DNA from: Archaeoglobus fulgidus DSM 4304
GTDB lineage: Archaea; Halobacteriota; Archaeoglobi; Archaeoglobales; Archaeoglobaceae
NCBI RefSeq assembly: GCF_000008665.1
Contig: NC_000917.1
Span: 870,001 to 902,000 of the forward strand
Length of the DNA stretch: 32,000 nt
Direction: 5' to 3'
The notes under the pieces are model-generated. The model saw only the letters and a list, made by a program, of their open reading frames with translations, did no database searches and was not told the origin of the DNA. Positions 21,233 to 29,963 of the stretch are shown here, piece by piece; positions within the stretch are counted from its first letter, which is position 1, and every line of letters starts with the position of its first letter. The position numbers and the translations under genes were made by a program.

Positions 21233-22411
21233 TTAAGCCCTCAAATCTGCTATTTCCTCCTCTGAAAGCCCAATAGACTTCAAAATCTCTTCAGTGTGCT
21301 CCCCAAGCTTTGGCGGCCTTCTCACCTCAACCTCAAAGCCTGAGAACTTCACAGGGTTGTTGAAGAGCTTGATTTTTCCAAGTTCAGGGTAATCCACCTC
21401 AACCACAGTTTTGCGGTGCTTTGTCTGCGGGTGCTCTATAACTTCCTGTATTGTGTTCACAGCCCCGCATGGCACTCCAGCTTTGAGCAGTATCTCTATC
21501 CAGTCGTCCCTCGGCTTCTCCCTGAACTTCTCTATGATGATTCTCTCAAGCTGCTCCCTGTGCTTCAGCCTCTGCTGGTTTGTTGCAAACCTTGGGTCGT
21601 CAAGCAGCTCCTCCAGCCCCACAGCCTTGCAGAACTCCTTCCAGTGCCACTCGGTTGCAACAACAACGTTGACCAGCTTTCCGTCTCCAGCCGGATAAGG
21701 CTCGTAGGGTGTGGCGAGGAAGTACTTTGTCCCCATTCTAAGCTCTTCATCCTTCATTCCCTCGACAATGGCCATGTTCATCAGATTGAGCATCATTGTG
21801 ACGGCACAATCAAACAGGGAGATGTCAATCTCCATTCCCTCCCCCGTCTTTTCTCTTCTCAGCAGTGCTGCGAGAACAGCATAGGCACCGTACATTGAAG
21901 CCAGCAAATCAGTGATGGGAACGTTAATCTTGCACGGCGTTTCTCTTGTTCCTGTGTAGCTGATTATCCCCGCCTCGCCCTGAATGAGCTGGTCAAAGGC
22001 CGGGCGGTCTCTGTAAGGCCCGTCCTGCCCAAAGCCCGAAACGTGGCAATAGATGATGTCCGGCTTTACTTTTTTTACAGCCTCATAGTCAACACCGAGC
22101 TTCTTCACAACTCCCGGAACAAAGTTCTCGATTATGACATCAGCCTTCTCTGCAAGCCTGAAAAAAATCTCCCTGCCCTTCTCCTGTTTCAAATCGAGCG
22201 TCATTGACTTTTTGTTTCTGTTGACAACACCAAAGTAAAAGCTCAGGTCAGCCCTTATGGGGATCCAGTGCCTAGCCAGATCCCCAACTCCCGGCCTTTC
22301 AATGTGAATTACCTCAGCCCCCAGATCAGCCAGCAGAGTTCCGATGTAGGGCCCTGCTACAGCCTGCCCCAGTTCGAGAATGAGCAGGTTGTTGAAGGGC
22401 TGGAAGGCCAA
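21233..22411 (-). CDS. CoA-transferase family III (CaiB/BaiF); possible succinyl-CoA:dicarboxylate CoA-transferase
   Basis: 392 aa. LLILELGQAVAGPYIGTLLADLGAEVIHIERPGVGDLARHW and PAFDQLIQGEAGIISYTG. Located 4 bp from the glutaryl-CoA-dehydrogenase-like gene. Confidence 0.92.
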   Translation of the reverse strand: MAFQPFNNLLILELGQAVAGPYIGTLLADLGAEVIHIERPGVGDLARHWIPIRADLSFYFGVVNRNKKSMTLDLKQEKGREIFFRLAEKADVIIENFVPGVVKKLGVDYEAVKKVKPDIIYCHVSGFGQDGPYRDRPAFDQLIQGEAGIISYTGTRETPCKINVPITDLLASMYGAYAVLAALLRREKTGEGMEIDISLFDCAVTMMLNLMNMAIVEGMKDEELRMGTKYFLATPYEPYPAGDGKLVNVVVATEWHWKEFCKAVGLEELLDDPRFATNQQRLKHREQLERIIIEKFREKPRDDWIEILLKAGVPCGAVNTIQEVIEHPQTKHRKTVVEVDYPELGKIKLFNNPVKFSGFEVEVRRPPKLGEHTEEILKSIGLSEEEIADLRA

Positions 22412-22415
22412 AATA

Positions 22416-23603
22416 TCACCTTAGCTCCCTTCTGAAGGCCTGATATCCTGTTATAGCCCTGCCCAAAATCAGCGTGTGGATGTCATCCGTGCCCTCGTAA
22501 GTATAGACGGACTCAATGTTGGCCATGTGCCTTATCGGCGAGTAGTCAAGGCTTATGCCATTGGCCCCAAGCAATTCTCTCGCAGTTCTTGCACAGTAGC
22601 GAGCCACTCTAACATTGTTCTTCTTGGCCATTGAAATCTGCTCGGTTGTAGCCTTCCCCTCATCCATCAGCTTTGCCAGCCTCCACGCGAGAAGCTGCCC
22701 CTTGGTTATCTCAATGAGCATGTTAACCAGCTTCTCCTGCACAAGCTGGTAAGATGCTAAAGGAGCTCCAAACTGCTTCCTCTCCTTCGTGTAGTTTAAC
22801 GCAGTCTCGTAGCAGTCCATTGCTGCTCCTATCGCCCCCCATGAGATTCCAAACCTCGCCTGATTCAGGCAGCTGAGCGGTGCCCCCAGCCCTCTTGCCT
22901 CAGGCAACCTGTTCTCCTCGGGCACTCTGCAGTTGACAAGGCCAAGCTCGCCCACACTTCCAGCCCTCATCGAGGCTTTCTTTGTTATTGCCGTCTGCTG
23001 GAATCCCTTCGTGCCTCTCTCTACAATAAAGCCCTTTATCTTTCCATCTTCAACATCCCTCGCCCAGACAACAGCTATGTCAGCCACATCAGCCTCGCTG
23101 ATCCAGGTCTTGGTGCCATTCAGCACCCACTCATCCCCATCTCTCCTTGCAGTTGCCTCCATGCTGCCCGGGTCGCTGCCGTGATTCGGCTCTGTAAGGC
23201 CGAAAGCCCCGATAATTTCTCCCCTTGCAAGTTTTGGCAGGTATTCCCCCTTCTGCTCCTCACTGCCGTATCTCCAGATGGGATACATTACCAAGCCAGA
23301 TGTGACGGCAACAAAGCTTCTCAGAGCGCTGTCAACCCTCTCGACCTCCTGACAGACTACACCAAAAGTTGTGTAGGTCATTCCGGGGCATCCATACTCC
23401 TCTGGCAGGAAGGTGCCGAGCATTCCAAGCTCCCCAAACTTCTTCCCCAGCTCATGGAAGTTTAACGGCTTCTCCTCGTGCCAGGCATCGGCAACAAGCG
23501 GCACAACCTCCTTCTCCAGAAACTCTCTCACCGACTGCCTTACAAGCCTGTCCTCGTCGCTCAAAAGCTCGTCAACATTGTAAAAGTCCACTCCTCTGAA
23601 CAT
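22416..23603 (-). CDS. Acyl-CoA dehydrogenase, closest in motif pattern to glutaryl-CoA dehydrogenase
   Basis: 395 aa. VAVTSGLVMYPIWRYGSEEQKGEYLPKLARGEIIGAFGLTEPNHGSDPGSMEATA, ELLGANGISLDYSPIRHMANIESVYTYEGTDDIHTLILGRAITG (expected catalytic Glu in YEGT). Confidence 0.88.
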   Translation of the reverse strand: MFRGVDFYNVDELLSDEDRLVRQSVREFLEKEVVPLVADAWHEEKPLNFHELGKKFGELGMLGTFLPEEYGCPGMTYTTFGVVCQEVERVDSALRSFVAVTSGLVMYPIWRYGSEEQKGEYLPKLARGEIIGAFGLTEPNHGSDPGSMEATARRDGDEWVLNGTKTWISEADVADIAVVWARDVEDGKIKGFIVERGTKGFQQTAITKKASMRAGSVGELGLVNCRVPEENRLPEARGLGAPLSCLNQARFGISWGAIGAAMDCYETALNYTKERKQFGAPLASYQLVQEKLVNMLIEITKGQLLAWRLAKLMDEGKATTEQISMAKKNNVRVARYCARTARELLGANGISLDYSPIRHMANIESVYTYEGTDDIHTLILGRAITGYQAFRRELR

Positions 23604-23863
23604 GCTACCACCTTTTTTCTGTATTTAACATTCTTTTTTTGAGCGTTTAAAAAGATTTCGGAAAAAGTTTGCCAATAAAGATGTAGGATGGTTCAACTGC
23701 AACATAAAATTTACCTTAAAGGTCTTTAAAACAAAAATTGAAGTTTCTCAAAGAAGTATAAACCAAAGTAAATCCTAATAAAGCTTTAAATTTGCTTTTA
23801 AAGCCTCAAATCCGAAAGTTTCGTTATATTTTTTGAGGTTCAAGGTTTGATCGGTGATGCGAG

Positions 23864-24667
23864 ATGTTGGGGAAGTTCGGTAGAATGTTGGGGGTGCTGG
23901 CTCTGCTGGTGCTTGTCGCACCAGCAATGGCAGCTGGAAATGGAGAAGATTTGAGAAATACAGTGAAAGTGTTTGAGAAGGTGAGGGACTGGCAGAGGTT
24001 TGGAATTGTATTAAACAACGACACACTGGATGAGGCAAGGAACCTCGGCGTTGCGATGGTGGACTTTGGAGTTGCCTCCTTGGAGAGCATAAAGAACAGG
24101 CTTGAGGAGAGCAACCTCAGCATGAAGGATGAAATAATTGCTGAGATAAACGAGCACATCACCGACCTAATCAACGCAAAGGAGGAGATTGAGGCCGCTG
24201 AGACAGTTGAAGAGCTGAAGGAAGCTATGAAGAATGCAAGGGAAGTTTGGAGGGATGCAAAGGTCTCACTGCAGAAGAGTATAATCATTGGAGTCCTCGA
24301 CAGGCTTGAGACCTTCGTCGAGAAGGGGGAGAACCTCGAGAACTTCGTGGAGGGGAAGATTGCAGAGTTTGAAGAGGAAGGCAAGGACACAACGCTCCTT
24401 GAGAACTGGCTTGACAGCTACAGAGAGCACAGGGAGATGGCCCTTGAAAAGATAGGCGAGGCAAAGGAGAAGGTACTTGAAATTGAAACACCTCAGCAGG
24501 GATTTGAGGCAATGAAGGAAGTTAGAGAGGCTGTTAAGACTGCAGTGCAGCACACCAAGGAGTGCGTTAAGGACCTGAGGGAGATAATTCAGCTAATCAA
24601 CCAGTACGGCGATGCAGAGGACAGCGAAGAGCTGATGCAGGTCGTGGAGGAGGTTGTTGAGGAGTAA
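23864..24667 (+). CDS. Predicted secreted, helix-rich protein of unknown function
   Basis: 267 aa. N-terminal signal-like MLGKFGRMLGVLALLVLVAPAMAAG, then a long acidic Glu/Lys/Ala-rich, coiled-coil-like region. Confidence 0.75.
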   Translation: MLGKFGRMLGVLALLVLVAPAMAAGNGEDLRNTVKVFEKVRDWQRFGIVLNNDTLDEARNLGVAMVDFGVASLESIKNRLEESNLSMKDEIIAEINEHITDLINAKEEIEAAETVEELKEAMKNAREVWRDAKVSLQKSIIIGVLDRLETFVEKGENLENFVEGKIAEFEEEGKDTTLLENWLDSYREHREMALEKIGEAKEKVLEIETPQQGFEAMKEVREAVKTAVQHTKECVKDLREIIQLINQYGDAEDSEELMQVVEEVVEE

Positions 24668-24675
24668 AAAATTAT

Positions 24676-25689
24676 TTATTTTTTCCTTTTCTTTTTGTCT
24701 TTCTCTTCAGCATCCTCTATTCCTCTCTCAGTCACCCTGAAAATCGCCTCCCCTTCAGGCAAATGTGGAGAGTCGATCAGCCTGGCAATTCTAAGGTCAT
24801 CCTTGCCCTTCTTGAGGTAAATTCTGAAAGTTGCCGTGTGGGCTACGATGTGTCCCCCCACAGGCTTCGTCGGGTCGCCGAAAAGCACGTCAGGCCTCGC
24901 CATAACCTGATTCGTCACAACAATTGCAGCGTTGTATAGCTCACCGAATTTCATCAGGTCGTGGAGGTGTCTGTTGAGCTTCTGCTGTCTGTCTGCCAGC
25001 GTTCCCCTGCCGACATACTCCGCCCTGAAGTGTGACATGAGAGAATCGACGATTATTAGCCTTACTGGCCTCCCCTCCTTTTTCAGTTTCTCAGCCAGCT
25101 CCTTCGCGTTATCAACAAGAAGCATCTGGTGGTTGGAGTTGTAAGCCTGAGCAACGTAGATGTTCTTCAGAACCTCATTGCCATCAAGCCCCTTCGCCTC
25201 AGCCATCTGGATTATCCTCTCAGGCCTGAATGTGTTCTCTGTGTCGATGATAATCACCGAGCCTTCAAGCCCTCCCTCATCCTCAGGAAGCTGAACGTTT
25301 ACAGCGAGCTGATGGCAGATTTGAGTCTTACCACTACCAAACTCTCCAAAAAACTCGGTTATGGCTTGGGTCTCAACTCCACCACCAAGCAACTCGTCGA
25401 GGTCTTTGCTCCCAGTAGTTATTTTCTTAACAGACCTTCTTCTCTCCAAAACCTTATCTCCGCTCTCAAAACCACCTATGTTGGCCAATTTCCTCGCCGC
25501 CTGAATTATCTTTACCGCGTTACCTTCAGTGATTCCACCCACATTGGCGAGTTCTGAGGGTGATGCTACGGCAACAGCCTCAATTGTTGAATATCCAGCC
25601 TCTCTAAGCTTTCTTGCCGTCTCAGGACCGACTCCGGGAATATCCTCAAGCTCAATAATCTTCGTCTCTTCGTTGCTCTCTTCACTCAT
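24676..25689 (-). CDS. radA: DNA repair and recombination protein RadA
   Basis: 337 aa. N-terminal HhH-type [22 protein letters not shown], Walker [68 protein letters not shown]. Confidence 0.98.
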   Translation of the reverse strand: MSEESNEETKIIELEDIPGVGPETARKLREAGYSTIEAVAVASPSELANVGGITEGNAVKIIQAARKLANIGGFESGDKVLERRRSVKKITTGSKDLDELLGGGVETQAITEFFGEFGSGKTQICHQLAVNVQLPEDEGGLEGSVIIIDTENTFRPERIIQMAEAKGLDGNEVLKNIYVAQAYNSNHQMLLVDNAKELAEKLKKEGRPVRLIIVDSLMSHFRAEYVGRGTLADRQQKLNRHLHDLMKFGELYNAAIVVTNQVMARPDVLFGDPTKPVGGHIVAHTATFRIYLKKGKDDLRIARLIDSPHLPEGEAIFRVTERGIEDAEEKDKKKRKK

Positions 25690-25744
25690 TACCCTACCTC
25701 ATACACAATCCATTAAATTTTTTTGGTCTCGGCAGACGTAAAGG

Positions 25745-26302
25745 GTGTCATCGCACGATGAGGGACACGTGGAGAGGGTTATCAAGCTGGCCCGTTACAT
25801 AGCGGAAAGGGAAGGAGCGAGACTTGACGTTGTTTTAAAGGCAGCAGAGCTGCACGACATTGCCAGAGGCTATCCCAACCACGCCAGAAAGTCCGCAGAA
25901 ATCGCAAGAGAGCTTCTCAAAGACCATGACGCGGAATTTGTTGAGGCTGTCTGCCACGCCATCGAGGCCCACTCCTTCTCAGGAAAGATGAAACCGAAAA
26001 CGCTGGAAGCAAAAATTCTCAGTGATGCCGACAAGCTGGATGCAATTGGTGCTATAGGTGTGGCGAGAGCCTTCCTCTACAGCGGCGAAAAGGGAAGGAG
26101 CATTGAGGAAACCTTGAAGCACTTTGAGGAGAAGCTTCTGAAGCTGAGGGACTTGCTTTACACTGAAACTGCAAGAAAAATCGCAGAAGAAAGGCACAGG
26201 TTTCTCGAAATCTTCTACCGGCAAATAAAAAAGGAGTTAGATGAGTTTGAAGCCGAACAGGACGCTGAAGACTATGTAGGCAATGGTCAGCATTATAAGT
26301 GA
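25745..26302 (+). CDS. HD-domain phosphohydrolase-like protein
   Basis: 185 aa. SHDEGHVERVIKLARYIAEREGARLDVVLKAAELHDIAR, EAVCHAIEAHSFSG, EAKILSDADKLDAIGAIGVARAF. Start taken as GTG 25745; an in-frame stop lies just upstream. Confidence 0.88.
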   Translation: MSSHDEGHVERVIKLARYIAEREGARLDVVLKAAELHDIARGYPNHARKSAEIARELLKDHDAEFVEAVCHAIEAHSFSGKMKPKTLEAKILSDADKLDAIGAIGVARAFLYSGEKGRSIEETLKHFEEKLLKLRDLLYTETARKIAEERHRFLEIFYRQIKKELDEFEAEQDAEDYVGNGQHYK

Positions 26303-28192
26303 GTGCTTCGCTCCTGCGCTCAGACTGCCTTCTCCCATCACTCCGGCAACCATTCCTGCGAAGATTCCCTGAAACACGGCAGCATGCATGAATACGTTTC
26401 TGTAGAGTGTGACGTCAACACTCTGGAGCATCTGGAAGTTCTGTCCGGTAGCCTGAACCTTTGCAGCGCTCTCAGCGAGGGTCGAGAGGAAGGTTGATGA
26501 GATGATGTAAACTATTCCAATGAAGACGAAGAAGGCTATGTAAACGATAATCACGTACATGAACATGTTCGTCATCCTCTCCCTTCTGAGCAACTCCGCA
26601 CTCGTCGCATCCTTGGCGGAAATCATCAGAACCTCTGTGACATTTCCCGTGGACTTCAGCGCCTCGTTGAGCAGCGTCATCGTCCTCGAAATCTCAAAAA
26701 TCTTCAGCCTGTTTGCAAACCTCACGAGCGCGTCGGAGAGGCTTATTCCCCAGTCGAGGTCCGCCTTTATCTTCGCGATTTCCTTTCTGAGGGGGCTTGT
26801 GTCGGTTTTGGCAATCATCGTAATTGCGCGGTAGATCGGCATGCCGCTTTCGTTAGCCGAGGCAAGCTTGCTGAGGAATATCGGCGTTAGACGCATGTAG
26901 GTCTTAACACCTCTTCTGCCAAGCTCGTAAAACAGAGCAAACGGGCCAAGAACGACCATCAGAGATATGAAAATGTAGTCGTCGTAGGAGAAGAACCAGT
27001 TCTTCAGGTCCATGCCCGGAATGTAGGGGTTTACCACCAGCCCATAGATCAGAATTACAAGGGCCGCGGGGATTGAGAACGCGAAGGTGTAGAGGGGGTT
27101 CTCCACAATAAGCCTGAAAGGATTCTTCAGCTTTTTCATCAGCTTATATCTGCTAACCTTCTTCTCCAACTTTTTTTTCTCCTCGGAGTCGAGCTCCGAA
27201 GAGCGCCTGACGTAAATATACCTTTCCCTCAGCCTTGGAGCGCTGCCCTCCTCTCCGGGAGTTAGGAGCTTGATGAGCATCGCGAACATGAAGGAGCCGA
27301 TGGGGATGACGAAGTAAATGATTGAGAACATCGCCACTTCGTTGGTCTGCCCCATAACCGACATGACTGTCTGGATGATTATGAGGAAGAGCGGGCCTGC
27401 AACGAATGCCGTAATGTAGGTCTCCGCCATGAGCCCGAGGAATTCGAGAAAGCTTTTCTGGTCCTGCCTCGCCCTCTCAAAGTAGAACTCAGCTCTCTCC
27501 TCAAAGTACCTCGTGATGTCACCACCGCTGTCGATTATTGTTATTAGGCCGTGCAGAAACTCCTTGAAGTTGTCCGAGGGTGTGGTGTCAACAGCCTCAG
27601 CCAGCGCCGTTCTCAAATCCTTGCCCAGCCCCTCTACCTCCCAGAGAATTCTCGAAGCCTCCTTTGAAACCTCTCCATAAACCTCGTGGTTGTCTGCAAG
27701 GGCTTTGAGAATCTGAACCAGGCTCATCCCACCCTTGCTGAGGGAGTACATGAAGATAATCGCATGCGGGAGAATCCTGTTTATTTTGCTCTTTCTGTCG
27801 CTGATGACGGTTGAGGGGTAAATGGCGAAGATCAAGTTTCCGAGGTAATAGAGGGCCAGCGTTATGCCGATGGCCAGAATACCTGCGTAAACAAAGGGTC
27901 TGTAGAACAGCCAGTAGGTCGCGATAGGTTCTGGGAGACGGATGTTGAAGAATGGTGGCACACCAACGTACTTAACGAGTATGAAGGCCGCAATCAATCC
28001 GATAACAGCTCCAATTATTCCAAAAAGGAGAGAGAACATTCTTGCCGTTGCGATGTACATTTCAGGCGGCATAGAAATCATGGCCTTTTTCAAGGACCTC
28101 TCAAGCTCGAAGTACTTCGATTCTTTCTTCATGATATCTTCAGCAAAAAGCCTGTATCCTATGTAAGTAAGCCTGTTCGCCTCCTTAAACAT
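26237..28192 (-). CDS. Archaeal type IV pilus/archaellum-type assembly membrane protein (FlaJ/TadC-like, T2SSF domains)
   Basis: 651 aa polytopic, with repeated GspF-like regions (ALADNHEVYGEVSKEASRILWEVEGLGKDLRTALAEAVDTTPSDNFKEFLHGL; MIAKTDTSPLRKEIAKIKADLDWGISLSDALVRFANRLKI). Adjacent to the secretion ATPase. Confidence 0.88.
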   Translation of the reverse strand: MFKEANRLTYIGYRLFAEDIMKKESKYFELERSLKKAMISMPPEMYIATARMFSLLFGIIGAVIGLIAAFILVKYVGVPPFFNIRLPEPIATYWLFYRPFVYAGILAIGITLALYYLGNLIFAIYPSTVISDRKSKINRILPHAIIFMYSLSKGGMSLVQILKALADNHEVYGEVSKEASRILWEVEGLGKDLRTALAEAVDTTPSDNFKEFLHGLITIIDSGGDITRYFEERAEFYFERARQDQKSFLEFLGLMAETYITAFVAGPLFLIIIQTVMSVMGQTNEVAMFSIIYFVIPIGSFMFAMLIKLLTPGEEGSAPRLRERYIYVRRSSELDSEEKKKLEKKVSRYKLMKKLKNPFRLIVENPLYTFAFSIPAALVILIYGLVVNPYIPGMDLKNWFFSYDDYIFISLMVVLGPFALFYELGRRGVKTYMRLTPIFLSKLASANESGMPIYRAITMIAKTDTSPLRKEIAKIKADLDWGISLSDALVRFANRLKIFEISRTMTLLNEALKSTGNVTEVLMISAKDATSAELLRRERMTNMFMYVIIVYIAFFVFIGIVYIISSTFLSTLAESAAKVQATGQNFQMLQSVDVTLYRNVFMHAAVFQGIFAGMVAGVMGEGSLSAGAKHSLIMLTIAYIVFSVLFGFKLI

Positions 28193-28193
28193 A

Positions 28194-29903
28194 TTACCCC
28201 TCCTTTGAAATGGCTTCCATAATTTTATCCGGCTTGGTCTGGTAGGTGTGAATTATGTTGCTCACCCTCTTGAAATCCCTTACGTTGTGCTCGAGCATAA
28301 ACTCCAGCACTCTCCTCCTCCTCTCAAGCTCCTCGTTCAGCTCCCTCACACTCCACCCTCTCTGCCTCCTTATCTCCTCCAGAGCTTTGGAAGTTCCAAC
28401 CATCGCGTGCTCGTCCTTAACGCTGTCCCACTGGAATACGGTTGAGGTTCTCAGCATCTTTGTGTGCGCATCCAAACCGACAATCTCCGCAATCTCCATG
28501 TTCCTCCTAACTCTCCTGTCCCCAACGTAAGTTTGGGCCTGGATGCTTATAATGTCAAGAGCCTCGAGCATCGGCCTCGGCACTCCTATTGGCGGGTTTT
28601 CAAGCCTGTGTATCGCACCGCTTATGCTGTCAGCGTGCAGTGTTGAGTAGGTTGTGTGGCCTGTAGCCATCGCCTGGAAGAGCGTTAAAGCCTCCCTCCC
28701 TCTAACCTCACCGACTATTATGTATTCAGGCCTCTGCCTCAAAGCCGCTCTCAGCAAATCGTACATGTCAACTGCTCCCTTCTCCCCGTGGAAGGCATCC
28801 CTTGTTACAGCAGGAATCCAGTTCTCGTGGGGGAGCATAAGCTCTCTTGTGTCTTCAATTGTCACTATCTTGGAGCGGCGGGGGATGAAGAGCGAGATGG
28901 CGTTCATCGAAGTGGTTTTACCGCTCGCAGTGCCGCCGGCAAAGATAAGGGACTTCTTGTTCTCGATGCAGAGCCATAGATATGCCATCTGCTCGCTGCT
29001 GAAGGTTTTCCATGCTATTAGGTCGATGGGAGTGACGGGCTCTTCGCGGAACTTTCTTATGGTGAAGGTCGAGCCGTGGTCGGTCACCTCCCTCCCCAAA
29101 GTCATCTGGATTCTGCTGCCGTCGGGCATTGTCGCGTCAACCATTGGCTCTGCGATGCTGATGTGCTTTCCGCACTTCTGGGCGAGGTTGACAACGAAGC
29201 TGTCAAGCTCATCCGGATCGTCGAAGATGACGTTGGTGCGGAGGTTTGTGTAGTTTCTGTGGAAGACATACATGTACTTCCGAACACCATTGCATGAGAT
29301 GTCCTCAAGCATCTTGTCCAGCATTAGCGGAGTTATCTTGTCGTAGTAAAGAAAATCTCTCATGATGTAGTACCATATTTTGTAATAGGAGCGGTCTTCC
29401 AAATCGAACCCCACTTCGCTGATCAAATCGTCAAAGGTTTCCTTGAGAACGACTTCCTTGGCAACCTTCCCATCCTCAAAGAAATTTTCCTCAAGCTTAT
29501 CTTTGAGCAGGACAGAGAGGTGACCGTAAACCTCCGTTTCGTATGGGTCTAATCTCGGTTCGACGACCTGATACCTGTACTCCTGCTCCTCCTCGTTGTA
29601 AATAATAAAAGCCTTGCAGTACGGCTCAAGCAGCCAGTACTCCTCGACGATGCTCCACCCAACTGGCGGAGAGTACTCCACAAGCTCCCCATGCTCTTCA
29701 ACACTGTACTCCTTCCTTTTTGGCAATCCGATGATCTTCTTCTTTTCACGCTTAACTTTGAGGATTTCCTCCTTTTGCTTTACCTCCTCTATCGCCTCCA
29801 GAGCTTCTTTTTCGTAGTCGGCAAGCTGCTCAGCCTCTTCTTCCTCCGACTCCTCCTGCTCTTTTCCCCTGAATTTCAGTTGCCTGAAATTGATTTTTGG
29901 CAT
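28194..29903 (-). CDS. Type II/IV secretion system ATPase (GspE/FlaI/PilB family)
   Basis: 569 aa. Walker A IFAGGTASGKTTSMNA, IVTIEDTRELMLPHENW, EYIIVGEVRGREALTLFQAMATGHTTYSTLHADS. Confidence 0.95.
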   Translation of the reverse strand: MPKINFRQLKFRGKEQEESEEEEAEQLADYEKEALEAIEEVKQKEEILKVKREKKKIIGLPKRKEYSVEEHGELVEYSPPVGWSIVEEYWLLEPYCKAFIIYNEEEQEYRYQVVEPRLDPYETEVYGHLSVLLKDKLEENFFEDGKVAKEVVLKETFDDLISEVGFDLEDRSYYKIWYYIMRDFLYYDKITPLMLDKMLEDISCNGVRKYMYVFHRNYTNLRTNVIFDDPDELDSFVVNLAQKCGKHISIAEPMVDATMPDGSRIQMTLGREVTDHGSTFTIRKFREEPVTPIDLIAWKTFSSEQMAYLWLCIENKKSLIFAGGTASGKTTSMNAISLFIPRRSKIVTIEDTRELMLPHENWIPAVTRDAFHGEKGAVDMYDLLRAALRQRPEYIIVGEVRGREALTLFQAMATGHTTYSTLHADSISGAIHRLENPPIGVPRPMLEALDIISIQAQTYVGDRRVRRNMEIAEIVGLDAHTKMLRTSTVFQWDSVKDEHAMVGTSKALEEIRRQRGWSVRELNEELERRRRVLEFMLEHNVRDFKRVSNIIHTYQTKPDKIMEAISKEG

Positions 29904-29963
29904 TGTTATGATGTTAACATAAGAAATAATTAAAATTTTCTCCTATTTTTGCAAGCATTCTGG

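Noticed and set aside
28654-29253. 199-aa ORF opposite the secretion ATPase
   Set aside because: Antisense to Walker A/B-containing coding sequence with no independent domain evidence.
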